DNA from: an uncultured Chloroflexia bacterium
GTDB lineage: Bacteria; Chloroflexota; Limnocylindria; Limnocylindrales; CSP1-4
DNA length: 64,000 nt
NCBI GenBank assembly: GCA_963748625.1
Contig: CAVVJT010000006.1
Coordinates: 44,603 to 108,602 of the forward strand
Direction: 5' to 3'
Under the pieces are notes generated by a model. It saw only the letters and a program-made list of their open reading frames with translations. It did not search any database and had not been told where the DNA came from. Position 1 is the first letter of the stretch; every line of letters begins with the position of its first letter. The translations under genes were made by a program, and so were the position numbers. This document shows, piece by piece, positions 56,427 through 64,000 of this stretch.

Positions 56427-57496
56427 GCGAGCTGGTCAGGGCCGCCGTGGCGGCGATCGTGGAGGGCAGGTCGCTGTCCATGGACGACGCACGCCTCGCA
56501 ATGGGCGCGGTGATGGACGGCGAGGCGACACCCTCGCAGCTGGCGGCGCTGCTCATGGGCCTGCGGATGCGCGGCGAGACCGTGGACGAGCTGGCCGGCT
56601 TCGCGTCCGCGATGCGCGAGCGAGTCGTGCGAGTGGAGGCGCCGGCGGGAACCATCGACATCGTGGGCACCGGCGGTGACGGCTCCGGGACGTTCAACAT
56701 TTCCACGACCGCGGCGTTGATCGTGGCCTCGCTGGGCGTGCCGGTGGCCAAGCACGGGAACCGGGCGATCACCTCGCGATCGGGCTCGGCGGACGTGCTC
56801 GACGCCCTGGGCGTCCGCATCGACCACGACGCGGCCTCTGCCGGACGGGCGATGACGGAGCTCGGCTTCGCGTTCCTGTTCGCACCGTCGTTCCACCCGG
56901 CCATGCGCCACGCGGGCCCGACGCGCCGGGAGATCGGCGTGCGGACCGCGTTCAACCTGCTGGGCCCGCTCACCAACCCGGCCGGGGCGACCCGCGGGCT
57001 GATCGGGGTGGGGGACGCTGCCATCGCGCCCAAGGTGGCCGAGGTCCTGCAGCGCCTCGGCACGGAGCGGTCCTTCGTGGTCTGTGGAGCCGGCGTGGAC
57101 GAGCTCCCCCTCGATGGTACGGGCGTCATCTACGACGTGACCCCGGCGGGCATCGAGCGACGCGAGGTGGATCCCGAGGCCGTGGGCCTGGCCAAGGCGA
57201 AGACGTCGTCCCTGGGCGGCGCCGATCCCACAGCGAACGCGGCCCTCGTCGAGGGCGTGCTGCGCGGCGAGCCGGGAGCGCGACGGGACGTCGTCCTGCT
57301 CAACGCCGGGGCCGCGCTCGTGGCCGCGGGCGAGGTGGCGACCATCGAGGGTGGGGTGGATCGGGCGGCCCTCGCCGTGGACGCAGGCCTGGCGGTGGAG
57401 CTGCTCGGGAAGCTGCGGGCGGAGCGGCGCGCGGCCGAGGCGGCGACAGCCGCGGCAGCGAAAGCGGCATCGGCGGCTGACGGGGGCCGGGCATGA
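56423..57496 (+). CDS. trpD: Anthranilate phosphoribosyltransferase
   Basis: From ORF 56090..57496; start at MSELVRAAV (ATGA overlap with trpG). [45 protein letters not shown]. Confidence 0.95.
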   Translation: MSELVRAAVAAIVEGRSLSMDDARLAMGAVMDGEATPSQLAALLMGLRMRGETVDELAGFASAMRERVVRVEAPAGTIDIVGTGGDGSGTFNISTTAALIVASLGVPVAKHGNRAITSRSGSADVLDALGVRIDHDAASAGRAMTELGFAFLFAPSFHPAMRHAGPTRREIGVRTAFNLLGPLTNPAGATRGLIGVGDAAIAPKVAEVLQRLGTERSFVVCGAGVDELPLDGTGVIYDVTPAGIERREVDPEAVGLAKAKTSSLGGADPTANAALVEGVLRGEPGARRDVVLLNAGAALVAAGEVATIEGGVDRAALAVDAGLAVELLGKLRAERRAAEAATAAAAKAASAADGGRA

Positions 57497-60315
57497 CCGC
57501 GGGCGTGGTCGCCGAGATCGCGGCCCGGCGCCTGGCCGACGTCGTCCCGGAGCTGGATGCGCTGGGCCGCGACGGATTGAGGCGAGCGGTCGCCGCCGCC
57601 CCGCCGCCGCGCCCGGTTGCCGAGGCGCTCGCCGCCCCCGGTCTCCATCTCATCGCGGAGGTCAAGCGCAGCTCTCCCTCTGCCGGGTCCATCGCCGCCG
57701 CGGACGACGCGGTCGCGCGCGCCCGGGCCTATGCCGCCGGTGGCGCGAAGGCGATCTCGGTCCTGTGCGAGCCCCACTGGTTCGGAGGCTCCCTCGCGGA
57801 CCTGCGCGCCGTGCGCGCGGCCGTCTCCGTGCCCGTCCTGGCCAAGGAGTTCGTCGTCGATCCGCGGCAGCTGGACCTCCTCCGGGCGGCAGGTGCAGAC
57901 CTCGTGCTCCTGCTGGCGGTGCTGCACCCGGCGCGGCGCCTGGCCCGGCTCGTGGCGGCCGCGCGTGACCTGGGCATCGAGCCGCTCGTGGAGGCGCACG
58001 ACGCCCGCGAGCTCGATCGTGCTCTCGCGACCGGCGCCCGCCTCATCGGGATCAACAACCGGGACCTGCGGACGCTCGACGTGGACCCCGAGCGGGCCGT
58101 CCGGCTGCGGGACGAGATCCCCGGCGATCGCCTGGCCATCGCCGAGTCCGGGGTCCGCGACACCGCGACCATCGTCCGCTGGCGGGCCACCGGGTTTGAC
58201 GCGGCGCTGGTGGGCGAGGCGCTGATGCGCGCCGCCGATCCCGCCGCCGCCGCTCGTGCCTTCGTCGGTGCGGGCCGGTACCCCGTGGATCCCGCTGGCG
58301 ACGCCCGTGCGCCACGGGTCAAGATCTGCGGCGTGACCGACGCGGCGGGGATCCTCGCCGCGGTCCGGGCTGGTGCGGACGCCATCGGGCTCAACTTCGC
58401 CCCCGGGACGCCCCGTGCCCTGACGATCGAGGAGGGCGTGGAGCTTGCCCACCTGGCCCGGGCGTCGGCCTCCGGGGACCGCCCCGGGCCGCGGATCGTC
58501 GTGATCACCGCCAACCTGCCGGCGGCGGAGCTGGCCCGGGTGATCGCCGCCGTGGATCCCGACGAGGTCCAGCTCAACGGCGACGAGCCGCCGTCGGCCG
58601 TCGCTGCCGTCGGCCGCCCCGTCGCCAAGGCCCTGCGCGTGGCCCAGGGCGCCTCCGCGGACGAGGTGGTCGGGACCGCGCGGGCGTTCCTCGAGGCTGG
58701 CGCGACCGGGATCCTCCTCGACGCCGCCGGGGGTCCCCACCCTGGTGGGACCGGGATCCGGATCGACGCGGCCCTCGCCGCCGCCGTCGCCCGCGAGGTC
58801 CCGATCACCCTGGCCGGCGGCCTCGACCCGGCGAACGTCGGCGAGGCCGTGCTCGCGGTGCCCGCCGTTGGCGTGGACGTCGCATCCGGGACCGAGGCGC
58901 CTCGCACACCGGGCGTGCGTCCGCACAAGGATCCGGTGAGGGTCGCCCTGTTCGCCAAGCGGGCCCGAGACGCGCGTCGCCATCGGCCCAACGCCGCCTT
59001 CGGCCCCACCCCGGTTCATCCGGGGCTTCTCGAGGTCGACGCGGCGGGCCGCTGGGGGAAGGAACGCGACTTCGGCGGCCGGTACGTGCCCGAGACGCTG
59101 ATGGGCGCCCTGCAGGGGCTCGAGTCGGCCTACGACGCCATCCGCCACGACCCCCGGTTCTGGGCGGAGCTGGACGACCTGCTGGCGCACTTCGCCGGGC
59201 GCCCCACCGCCCTGTACCGGGCAGATCGGCTGGCCCAGGCCGTGGCCATCGAGGCCCATCGGCAGGCGATCGCGGCCGGACGCCGCGACCCAGTCATCCC
59301 GCGCTTCCGGCTCTACCTCAAGCGGGAGGACCTGGCGCACACCGGGGCCCACAAGATCAACAACGCGATGGGTCAAGCCCTGCTCACGCGGCGCCTGGGC
59401 AAGACGCGCGTGATCGCCGAGACCGGGGCCGGCCAGCACGGCGTCGCCACCGCCACGGCCTGCGCTCTCCTGGGGCTGCCGTGCGTCGTGTTCATGGGCG
59501 AGGAGGACATCCGCCGCCAGGCCCCCAACGTCCTCCGGATGCGCGCCCTGGGCGCCGAGGTCCGATCCGTCACGTCTGGCACCGCGACGCTCAAGGACGC
59601 CGTCAACGAGGCGATGCGCGACTGGGTCACCAACGTCGAGACCACGCATTACGTGCTGGGCTCAGCGATGGGCCCGCACCCGTACCCGACCATCGTCCGC
59701 GACTTCCAGCGGCGCATCGGGGACGAGGCGGTCGCCCAGCTGCGGGCCGTCGAGGGCCGTCTCCCGGACATGGCGCTCGCCTGCGTGGGCGGTGGGTCGA
59801 ACGCCATCGGGCTCCTCGCCCGGTTGATCGGTGAGCCGTCGGTCCGCCTGGCGGTGGCCGAGGCCGCGGGCGATGGCGTGGCCACCGGCCGCCACGCGGC
59901 CGCGATCGCCGGCGGCACCGCGGGGATCCTCCACGGGTCGCGCTCACTCATGCTCCAGGACCGTGACGGCCAGGTGATCGAGGCGCACAGCGCGTCGGCC
60001 GGGCTGGACTACCCGGGCGTGGGCCCGCAGCTGGCGGCGCTCGCGGAGGCCGGGCGGATGGAGGTGGGCACCGCCACGGACCGCGAGGCGATCGCTGCCA
60101 TGAAGACCGTGACCCGGACCGAGGGCATCCTGCCTGCCCTCGAGACCTCACATGCCGTGGCGGCCCTGCCCAAGCTGCTCGCTGGCCTCGAGGGGTCCGG
60201 GACCCCGTACCCGGACGATGCCGTGATCCTGGTCGGGTTCTCGGGGCGCGGCGACAAGGACATGGCAGCCCTCGAGCTGTTCGACGACGTGGAGCCGTGG
60301 GAGGGCATCCGATGA
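57493..60315 (+). CDS. trpCFB: Single 940-aa ORF fusing indole-3-glycerol-phosphate synthase, phosphoribosylanthranilate isomerase and tryptophan synthase beta chain
   Basis: TrpC block (aa 1-260): [32 protein letters not shown]. TrpF block (about 275-495): [33 protein letters not shown]. TrpB block (about 515-940): [19 protein letters not shown] (PLP Lys), [23 protein letters not shown]. No stop codons between blocks. Confidence 0.9.
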   Translation: MTAGVVAEIAARRLADVVPELDALGRDGLRRAVAAAPPPRPVAEALAAPGLHLIAEVKRSSPSAGSIAAADDAVARARAYAAGGAKAISVLCEPHWFGGSLADLRAVRAAVSVPVLAKEFVVDPRQLDLLRAAGADLVLLLAVLHPARRLARLVAAARDLGIEPLVEAHDARELDRALATGARLIGINNRDLRTLDVDPERAVRLRDEIPGDRLAIAESGVRDTATIVRWRATGFDAALVGEALMRAADPAAAARAFVGAGRYPVDPAGDARAPRVKICGVTDAAGILAAVRAGADAIGLNFAPGTPRALTIEEGVELAHLARASASGDRPGPRIVVITANLPAAELARVIAAVDPDEVQLNGDEPPSAVAAVGRPVAKALRVAQGASADEVVGTARAFLEAGATGILLDAAGGPHPGGTGIRIDAALAAAVAREVPITLAGGLDPANVGEAVLAVPAVGVDVASGTEAPRTPGVRPHKDPVRVALFAKRARDARRHRPNAAFGPTPVHPGLLEVDAAGRWGKERDFGGRYVPETLMGALQGLESAYDAIRHDPRFWAELDDLLAHFAGRPTALYRADRLAQAVAIEAHRQAIAAGRRDPVIPRFRLYLKREDLAHTGAHKINNAMGQALLTRRLGKTRVIAETGAGQHGVATATACALLGLPCVVFMGEEDIRRQAPNVLRMRALGAEVRSVTSGTATLKDAVNEAMRDWVTNVETTHYVLGSAMGPHPYPTIVRDFQRRIGDEAVAQLRAVEGRLPDMALACVGGGSNAIGLLARLIGEPSVRLAVAEAAGDGVATGRHAAAIAGGTAGILHGSRSLMLQDRDGQVIEAHSASAGLDYPGVGPQLAALAEAGRMEVGTATDREAIAAMKTVTRTEGILPALETSHAVAALPKLLAGLEGSGTPYPDDAVILVGFSGRGDKDMAALELFDDVEPWEGIR

Positions 60316-61166
60316 GCGCCGGGCTCCGCGCCGCCGCGGCCGCGCCGCACACCAACGACACGTCGGGCGCGCGGCGCATCGCCGAGGCCTTCGCCCGGGC
60401 GCGGGCGGAGGGACGCGCGGCGCTGATCCCGTACGTCGTCGCCGGATACCCGGACGCGGACACCTCGTTCGCGGCGGCCTGTGCGGCGATCGACGCCGGG
60501 GCCGACCTGCTCGAGGTCGGGCTCCCGTACTCCGACCCGCTGGCCGATGGCGCCACCCTCCAGCGGGCCTCCCAGGGGGCGATCGCGGCCGGCGCCACGT
60601 TTGATCGGTCCCTGGCGCTGGTGGGACGGATCGCCGCGGCGCGGCCGGGCGTCCCGGTCGTGGCGATGGGCTACGCGAACCAGCTGATCGGCGGGGGCGA
60701 TGGTCGGGACCGGGCGCGGGCGCTGGCGAAGGCCGGCGTGGCCGGCGTCATCGTCGCGGACCTCACGCCGGACGAGGGCGCGCCGTTCGAGGCCGTGGCC
60801 GTCGAGGCGGGGATCGCGGTCGTGTACCTCGTCGCGCCGACCTCCGCGCCGGCCCGACGTGCGTCCGTTGCGGCGCGCAGCGGCGGGTTCCTCTACTGCG
60901 TCTCGCTGGTGGGCGTCACCGGCGCCCGAACCTCGCTGCCGCCGACGGTCGCGAGGCTCGTGCGCGAGGTCAGGGCCGTGTCCCCGGTCCCGGTGGCGGT
61001 TGGCTTCGGCGTGTCCCGGCCGGCCCACGTGCGCGCGATCGCCAGGGCGGGCGCGGACGGGGTCATCGTGGCGTCGGCCCTCGTGGATGCGCTGGGCCCC
61101 GATGGGCGCGACGTAGCCGCTCTGGGCGCCCTGGTCGGGAGGCTCCGGGCCGCGACCGGACGCTGA
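60312..61166 (+). CDS. trpA: Tryptophan synthase alpha chain
   Basis: From ORF 60297..61166; start at MSAGL (ATGA overlap with the trpB stop). [43 protein letters not shown]. Confidence 0.95.
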   Translation: MSAGLRAAAAAPHTNDTSGARRIAEAFARARAEGRAALIPYVVAGYPDADTSFAAACAAIDAGADLLEVGLPYSDPLADGATLQRASQGAIAAGATFDRSLALVGRIAAARPGVPVVAMGYANQLIGGGDGRDRARALAKAGVAGVIVADLTPDEGAPFEAVAVEAGIAVVYLVAPTSAPARRASVAARSGGFLYCVSLVGVTGARTSLPPTVARLVREVRAVSPVPVAVGFGVSRPAHVRAIARAGADGVIVASALVDALGPDGRDVAALGALVGRLRAATGR

Positions 61167-61177
61167 CCGGCGCTCGC

Positions 61178-62104
61178 TCAGCCGGCCCAGGGGTCGGACG
61201 GCGGTGCTGGCGGAGGCGGGGGCGGTTCGAGCGGGCCGTCGGCGTCGCTCGGGTACGTGACCGGCGGCGTAGCGACGGCGGCCCCGGCGAGCGTCCGCAG
61301 CCGCTGGCTCTCGTACAGGATCGCGAGCACGATCGCCGAGAACGCCGCGAAGCTCGTGTCGATCGCCGAGGTGATCACGCCGGGCACGACCGGCACCGCG
61401 ACCAGGATCAGGGAGACCAGGAGGTCGGCGGCGACCAGCAGCAACGAGATCCCGAGGACCGCCAGCCCCCAGCCCAGCATCCGCAGGACCGCCCTGCGCG
61501 AGAGCGTCCATGACGTCGAGAGGCCGCCCGCGATGCCCTCGCCGTCGAAGATCGCGAGCGTCCACAACTGCAGCCGGATCGCGACGTAGGCCAGCACCGG
61601 GAGGAAGCCCAGCAGCACGATCAGACCCACCGCGCCGAACGCCAGCGCGGTGGTGATGAGCGCGAGCACGATCATCGCGACCAGCATGTCCGCGAGGAGC
61701 GCGCGGAACCCGGAGCGCAGCACCCACGGCAGGGCGACGTCGCGCCCGCGCAGGCCGGCGATCGCGTTGGCGACGAAGAACCACTTCGCAACGATCGACA
61801 CGAGCCCCACCGCCAGGGGTCCAGCGAGCAGCCTCGGCAGCTCGGACGGGTCGATCTCCGGACCGGCCGTGCCCGGCACGAGGACCCGGGCCATCGTCTG
61901 CTGGTCGATCACCGTGCTGCCGAACAGCCAGCCGACCAGGCCGTTGGCGACGGCGACGGCGACCACCGCGAGCACCCAGCGCTCGATGGACGCCCGCCAG
62001 TACGCAGCCGCCAGCGTCAGCCCCTCCGCGACGGTCGCAAAGGCAGGCGAGCGCGTGAACCTGATCCTGGTCATCGTGGCCTGTGGTTCCTTCTCTCGGC
62101 TCAT
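61178..62104 (-). CDS. Hypothetical polytopic membrane protein with a Pro-rich C-terminus
   Basis: From ORF 61178..62278. Start at MSREKEPQATMTRIRF (alternative ATG at 62074). Six or more hydrophobic segments. Ends EPPPPPPAPPSDPWAG. Confidence 0.6.
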   Translation of the reverse strand: MSREKEPQATMTRIRFTRSPAFATVAEGLTLAAAYWRASIERWVLAVVAVAVANGLVGWLFGSTVIDQQTMARVLVPGTAGPEIDPSELPRLLAGPLAVGLVSIVAKWFFVANAIAGLRGRDVALPWVLRSGFRALLADMLVAMIVLALITTALAFGAVGLIVLLGFLPVLAYVAIRLQLWTLAIFDGEGIAGGLSTSWTLSRRAVLRMLGWGLAVLGISLLLVAADLLVSLILVAVPVVPGVITSAIDTSFAAFSAIVLAILYESQRLRTLAGAAVATPPVTYPSDADGPLEPPPPPPAPPSDPWAG

Positions 62105-62165
62105 CGGTCGCGCAAGGGTAGCCCGACATCGCCGGCCCCGGCGCGAGCCGCGCATACTGGCCCTG

Positions 62166-62819
62166 ATGAACGACAACGGGATCCGGCTCCTGGTGGAGAC
62201 CACACCCAAGCGGGTCTTCGTCTCCGCCCTCGACTGGCCGGGACTTGCGCGGGCCGGCCGGGACGAGCCAGGGGCCATCGAGGCGCTGCTCGACGCGGCT
62301 CCCCGCTATGCCGAGGTGGCCCGCGCGGCAGGCGAGACGTTCGAGACGGACGAACTCGCGGTCGAGGTCGCGGAGCGTCGCGACGGAGATGCGACCACGG
62401 CCTTCGGGGCCCCCTCGATCGTCGCCGACGCGGACCGGCGTCCCGTGGCCGCGTGGGAGGCCGCGCGGCTGGCCGCCATCGTCGAGGCGTCCTGGGCGGC
62501 CTTCGACCGGATCGCCGCCGCGGCCCCGGAGAACCTGCGCAAGGGCCCGCGCGGAGGCGGCCGCAACCGCACGAAGGTCGTCGAGCACGTGCACGGCGGG
62601 GACGAGGCCTATGCGTCCGTGCTGGGGATCCCGCCGTCGGAGCGTCGGCCGGCCGCGGCCGGGCGCGCCGCGGTACTCGCAATCCTGCGCCAGGCCTCCG
62701 ACGGGTCGCCCATCGCGGGCAAGAAGTGGCCCCTGCGCTACGCCGCCCGGCGAATCGCGTGGCACGCGCTGGACCACGCCTGGGAGATCGAGGACCGCTC
62801 GGACCCGGGTGCGGGGTAG
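62166..62819 (+). CDS. Hypothetical protein, possibly DinB-like four-helix-bundle family
   Basis: Last 217 aa of ORF 61650..62819 (MNDNGIRLLVETTPK...). C-terminal HVHGGDEAY...RRIAWHALDHAWEIEDR suggests His-rich DinB-type motifs. Family call is tentative. Confidence 0.6.
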   Translation: MNDNGIRLLVETTPKRVFVSALDWPGLARAGRDEPGAIEALLDAAPRYAEVARAAGETFETDELAVEVAERRDGDATTAFGAPSIVADADRRPVAAWEAARLAAIVEASWAAFDRIAAAAPENLRKGPRGGGRNRTKVVEHVHGGDEAYASVLGIPPSERRPAAAGRAAVLAILRQASDGSPIAGKKWPLRYAARRIAWHALDHAWEIEDRSDPGAG

Positions 62820-62833
62820 GTACGCTGGCGCAC

Positions 62834-64000
62834 ATGACCGACGACCCGCTCTGCTTCCGGTCGGCGACGCGGCTCGCGGCGGCGATCCGCGAGGGGGAGC
62901 TGTCGTCCGTCGAGGTCGTATGTGCCTGCCTCGACCGCATCGCCGAGGTCAACCCACGCCTCAACGCGGTCGTCCGGCTCGCCTCCGACGCGCTCGAGCT
63001 GGCCCGCCGCGCCGACGAGGCCCTCGCGGCCGGCATCGCGCCCGGCCCGCTGCACGGCGTCCCGTTCACGATCAAGGACTCGCTCGACACCGCCGGGCTC
63101 GTCACGACGGCCGGGACGCTCGGCTGGCGTGACCGCGTCCCCGTCCGCGATGCGACGGTCGTTGCGCGCCTCCGGGCCGCCGGTGGGATCCTGCTGGGCA
63201 AGACGAACACGCCCGAGTTCACCTGGTCCGACGAGACCGACAACGACGTCTACGGGCGCACGTCGAACCCGTACGACCTGGCCCGCACGCCCGGCGGGAG
63301 CAGCGGCGGCGCGGGTGCGATCGTGGCCGCTGGTGGCTCGCCGTTCGACATCGGCAGCGACACGGGCGACAGCATCCGCCAGCCGGCCCACGTGTGCGGC
63401 ATCGTCGGGATCAAGCCGACCAGCGGCCGGGTGCCGCGGACGGGCCACACACCGTCGTTCACGGGGATCCTCGAGTCCCTCACCCAGCTGGGGCCGATGG
63501 CCCGGCGCGTCGAGGACCTGGTGCTGCTCCTGCCGCTCATCGCGGGGCCGGACGGCGAGGATCCGCACGTCGCACCGGTCGCGCTGGGGGACCCGGGCGA
63601 GGTGGCGCTGGAGCACCTGCGGGTCGTCATGTTCACCGACAACGGCATCCGCACGCCGACGCCGGAGACCGTCGCCGTGGTCAGGGCCGCGGCCCGTGCG
63701 CTCGAGCACGCGGGCGCGAGGGTCGAGGAGCGGCTGCCCCCGGCCATGGCGGAGGCGGTCGACGCCTGGGAGCGCCTCATCCGGGCCGACGGCTATGCCT
63801 GGCTGCAGCGGCTGATCACCGCCGCGGGCACCACGGGCATGGGCTCCTACGACACGCGCGGCTGGGTGACGGTCGTACCGCCGCTCCATGCCGACGCGCT
63901 CTCGGCGCTTGTCGAGCGGGTCGACGAGATCCGGTCCCGCCTGTTGCGCTGGATCCTGGACGTGGACCTCGTCGTCTGCCCCGTCATGCCCCAGCCTGCG
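62834..64000 (+). CDS. Amidase-signature family enzyme (GatA-like), 3' end outside the window
   Basis: Not in the track (truncated). My own translation from the ATG at 62834: MTDDPLCFRSATRLAAAIREGELSSVEV...GVPFTIKDS...GKTNTPEF...TPGGSSGGAGAIVAAGGSPFDIGSDTGDSIRQPA. The frame stays open to 64000. Confidence 0.85.
   Translation, partial: MTDDPLCFRSATRLAAAIREGELSSVEVVCACLDRIAEVNPRLNAVVRLASDALELARRADEALAAGIAPGPLHGVPFTIKDSLDTAGLVTTAGTLGWRDRVPVRDATVVARLRAAGGILLGKTNTPEFTWSDETDNDVYGRTSNPYDLARTPGGSSGGAGAIVAAGGSPFDIGSDTGDSIRQPAHVCGIVGIKPTSGRVPRTGHTPSFTGILESLTQLGPMARRVEDLVLLLPLIAGPDGEDPHVAPVALGDPGEVALEHLRVVMFTDNGIRTPTPETVAVVRAAARALEHAGARVEERLPPAMAEAVDAWERLIRADGYAWLQRLITAAGTTGMGSYDTRGWVTVVPPLHADALSALVERVDEIRSRLLRWILDVDLVVCPVMPQPA

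Overview
This is a very GC-rich, gene-dense chromosomal segment; third codon positions of real genes are almost saturated with G/C. The host is probably a high-GC monoderm lineage such as Actinomycetota or Chloroflexota. That placement is an inference from a heliorhodopsin, TAnnnT-type -10 boxes a few nt upstream of start codons, and a class I LysRS, and I cannot verify it here.

I can support about 57 protein-coding genes, one tRNA-Ser(TGA), two strong intrinsic terminators and several tandem or inverted-repeat clusters.

Gene blocks in order:
1. SnoaL-like protein, ECF sigma factor and a coupled membrane protein.
2. A cyanophycin locus: cphB-cphA, a second CphA-like protein that has only the N-domain and the Mur-ligase domain, and a divergent M20 peptidase-RidA pair.
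3. A minus-strand operon: MFS, gamma-glutamyltranspeptidase, small Cys-rich protein, azlC, azlD.
4. degV and gdh.
5. A hypothetical protein, a BioD-like/DRTGG protein and an MFS transporter.
6. coaX-coaBC-panB-panC.
7. A BMP-family ABC transporter.
8. An M16 peptidase, a repeat-containing TPR protein and ndk.
9. lepB followed by membrane proteins, including a degenerate NuoN/Mrp-like module.
10. hppA, uppP, argR, greA and lysK-serS.
11. An orphan ABC ATPase, tRNA-Ser, plsY, a lipoprotein, a heliorhodopsin and glgC.
12. A complete trp operon, trpE-G-D-(C-F-B as one ORF)-A.
13. A membrane protein, a DinB-like protein and a partial amidase.

The most interesting items are the N+M-only cyanophycin synthetase paralog and its neighbours, the heliorhodopsin with its own terminator, the trpC-F-B triple fusion, the palindrome-rich 760-bp leader upstream of trpE, and the degenerate antiporter-like membrane cluster behind lepB.

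Two caveats apply. Most very long ORFs in the six-frame track are antisense or out-of-frame shadows typical of high GC. Several conserved genes (uppP, plsY, an ABC permease, the NuoN-like gene) show single-base frame breaks, which I read as probable assembly indels rather than biology.

Start codons were refined by in-frame arithmetic from the ORF track plus visible SD motifs. Coordinates of repeats and hairpins may be off by 1-2 nt.
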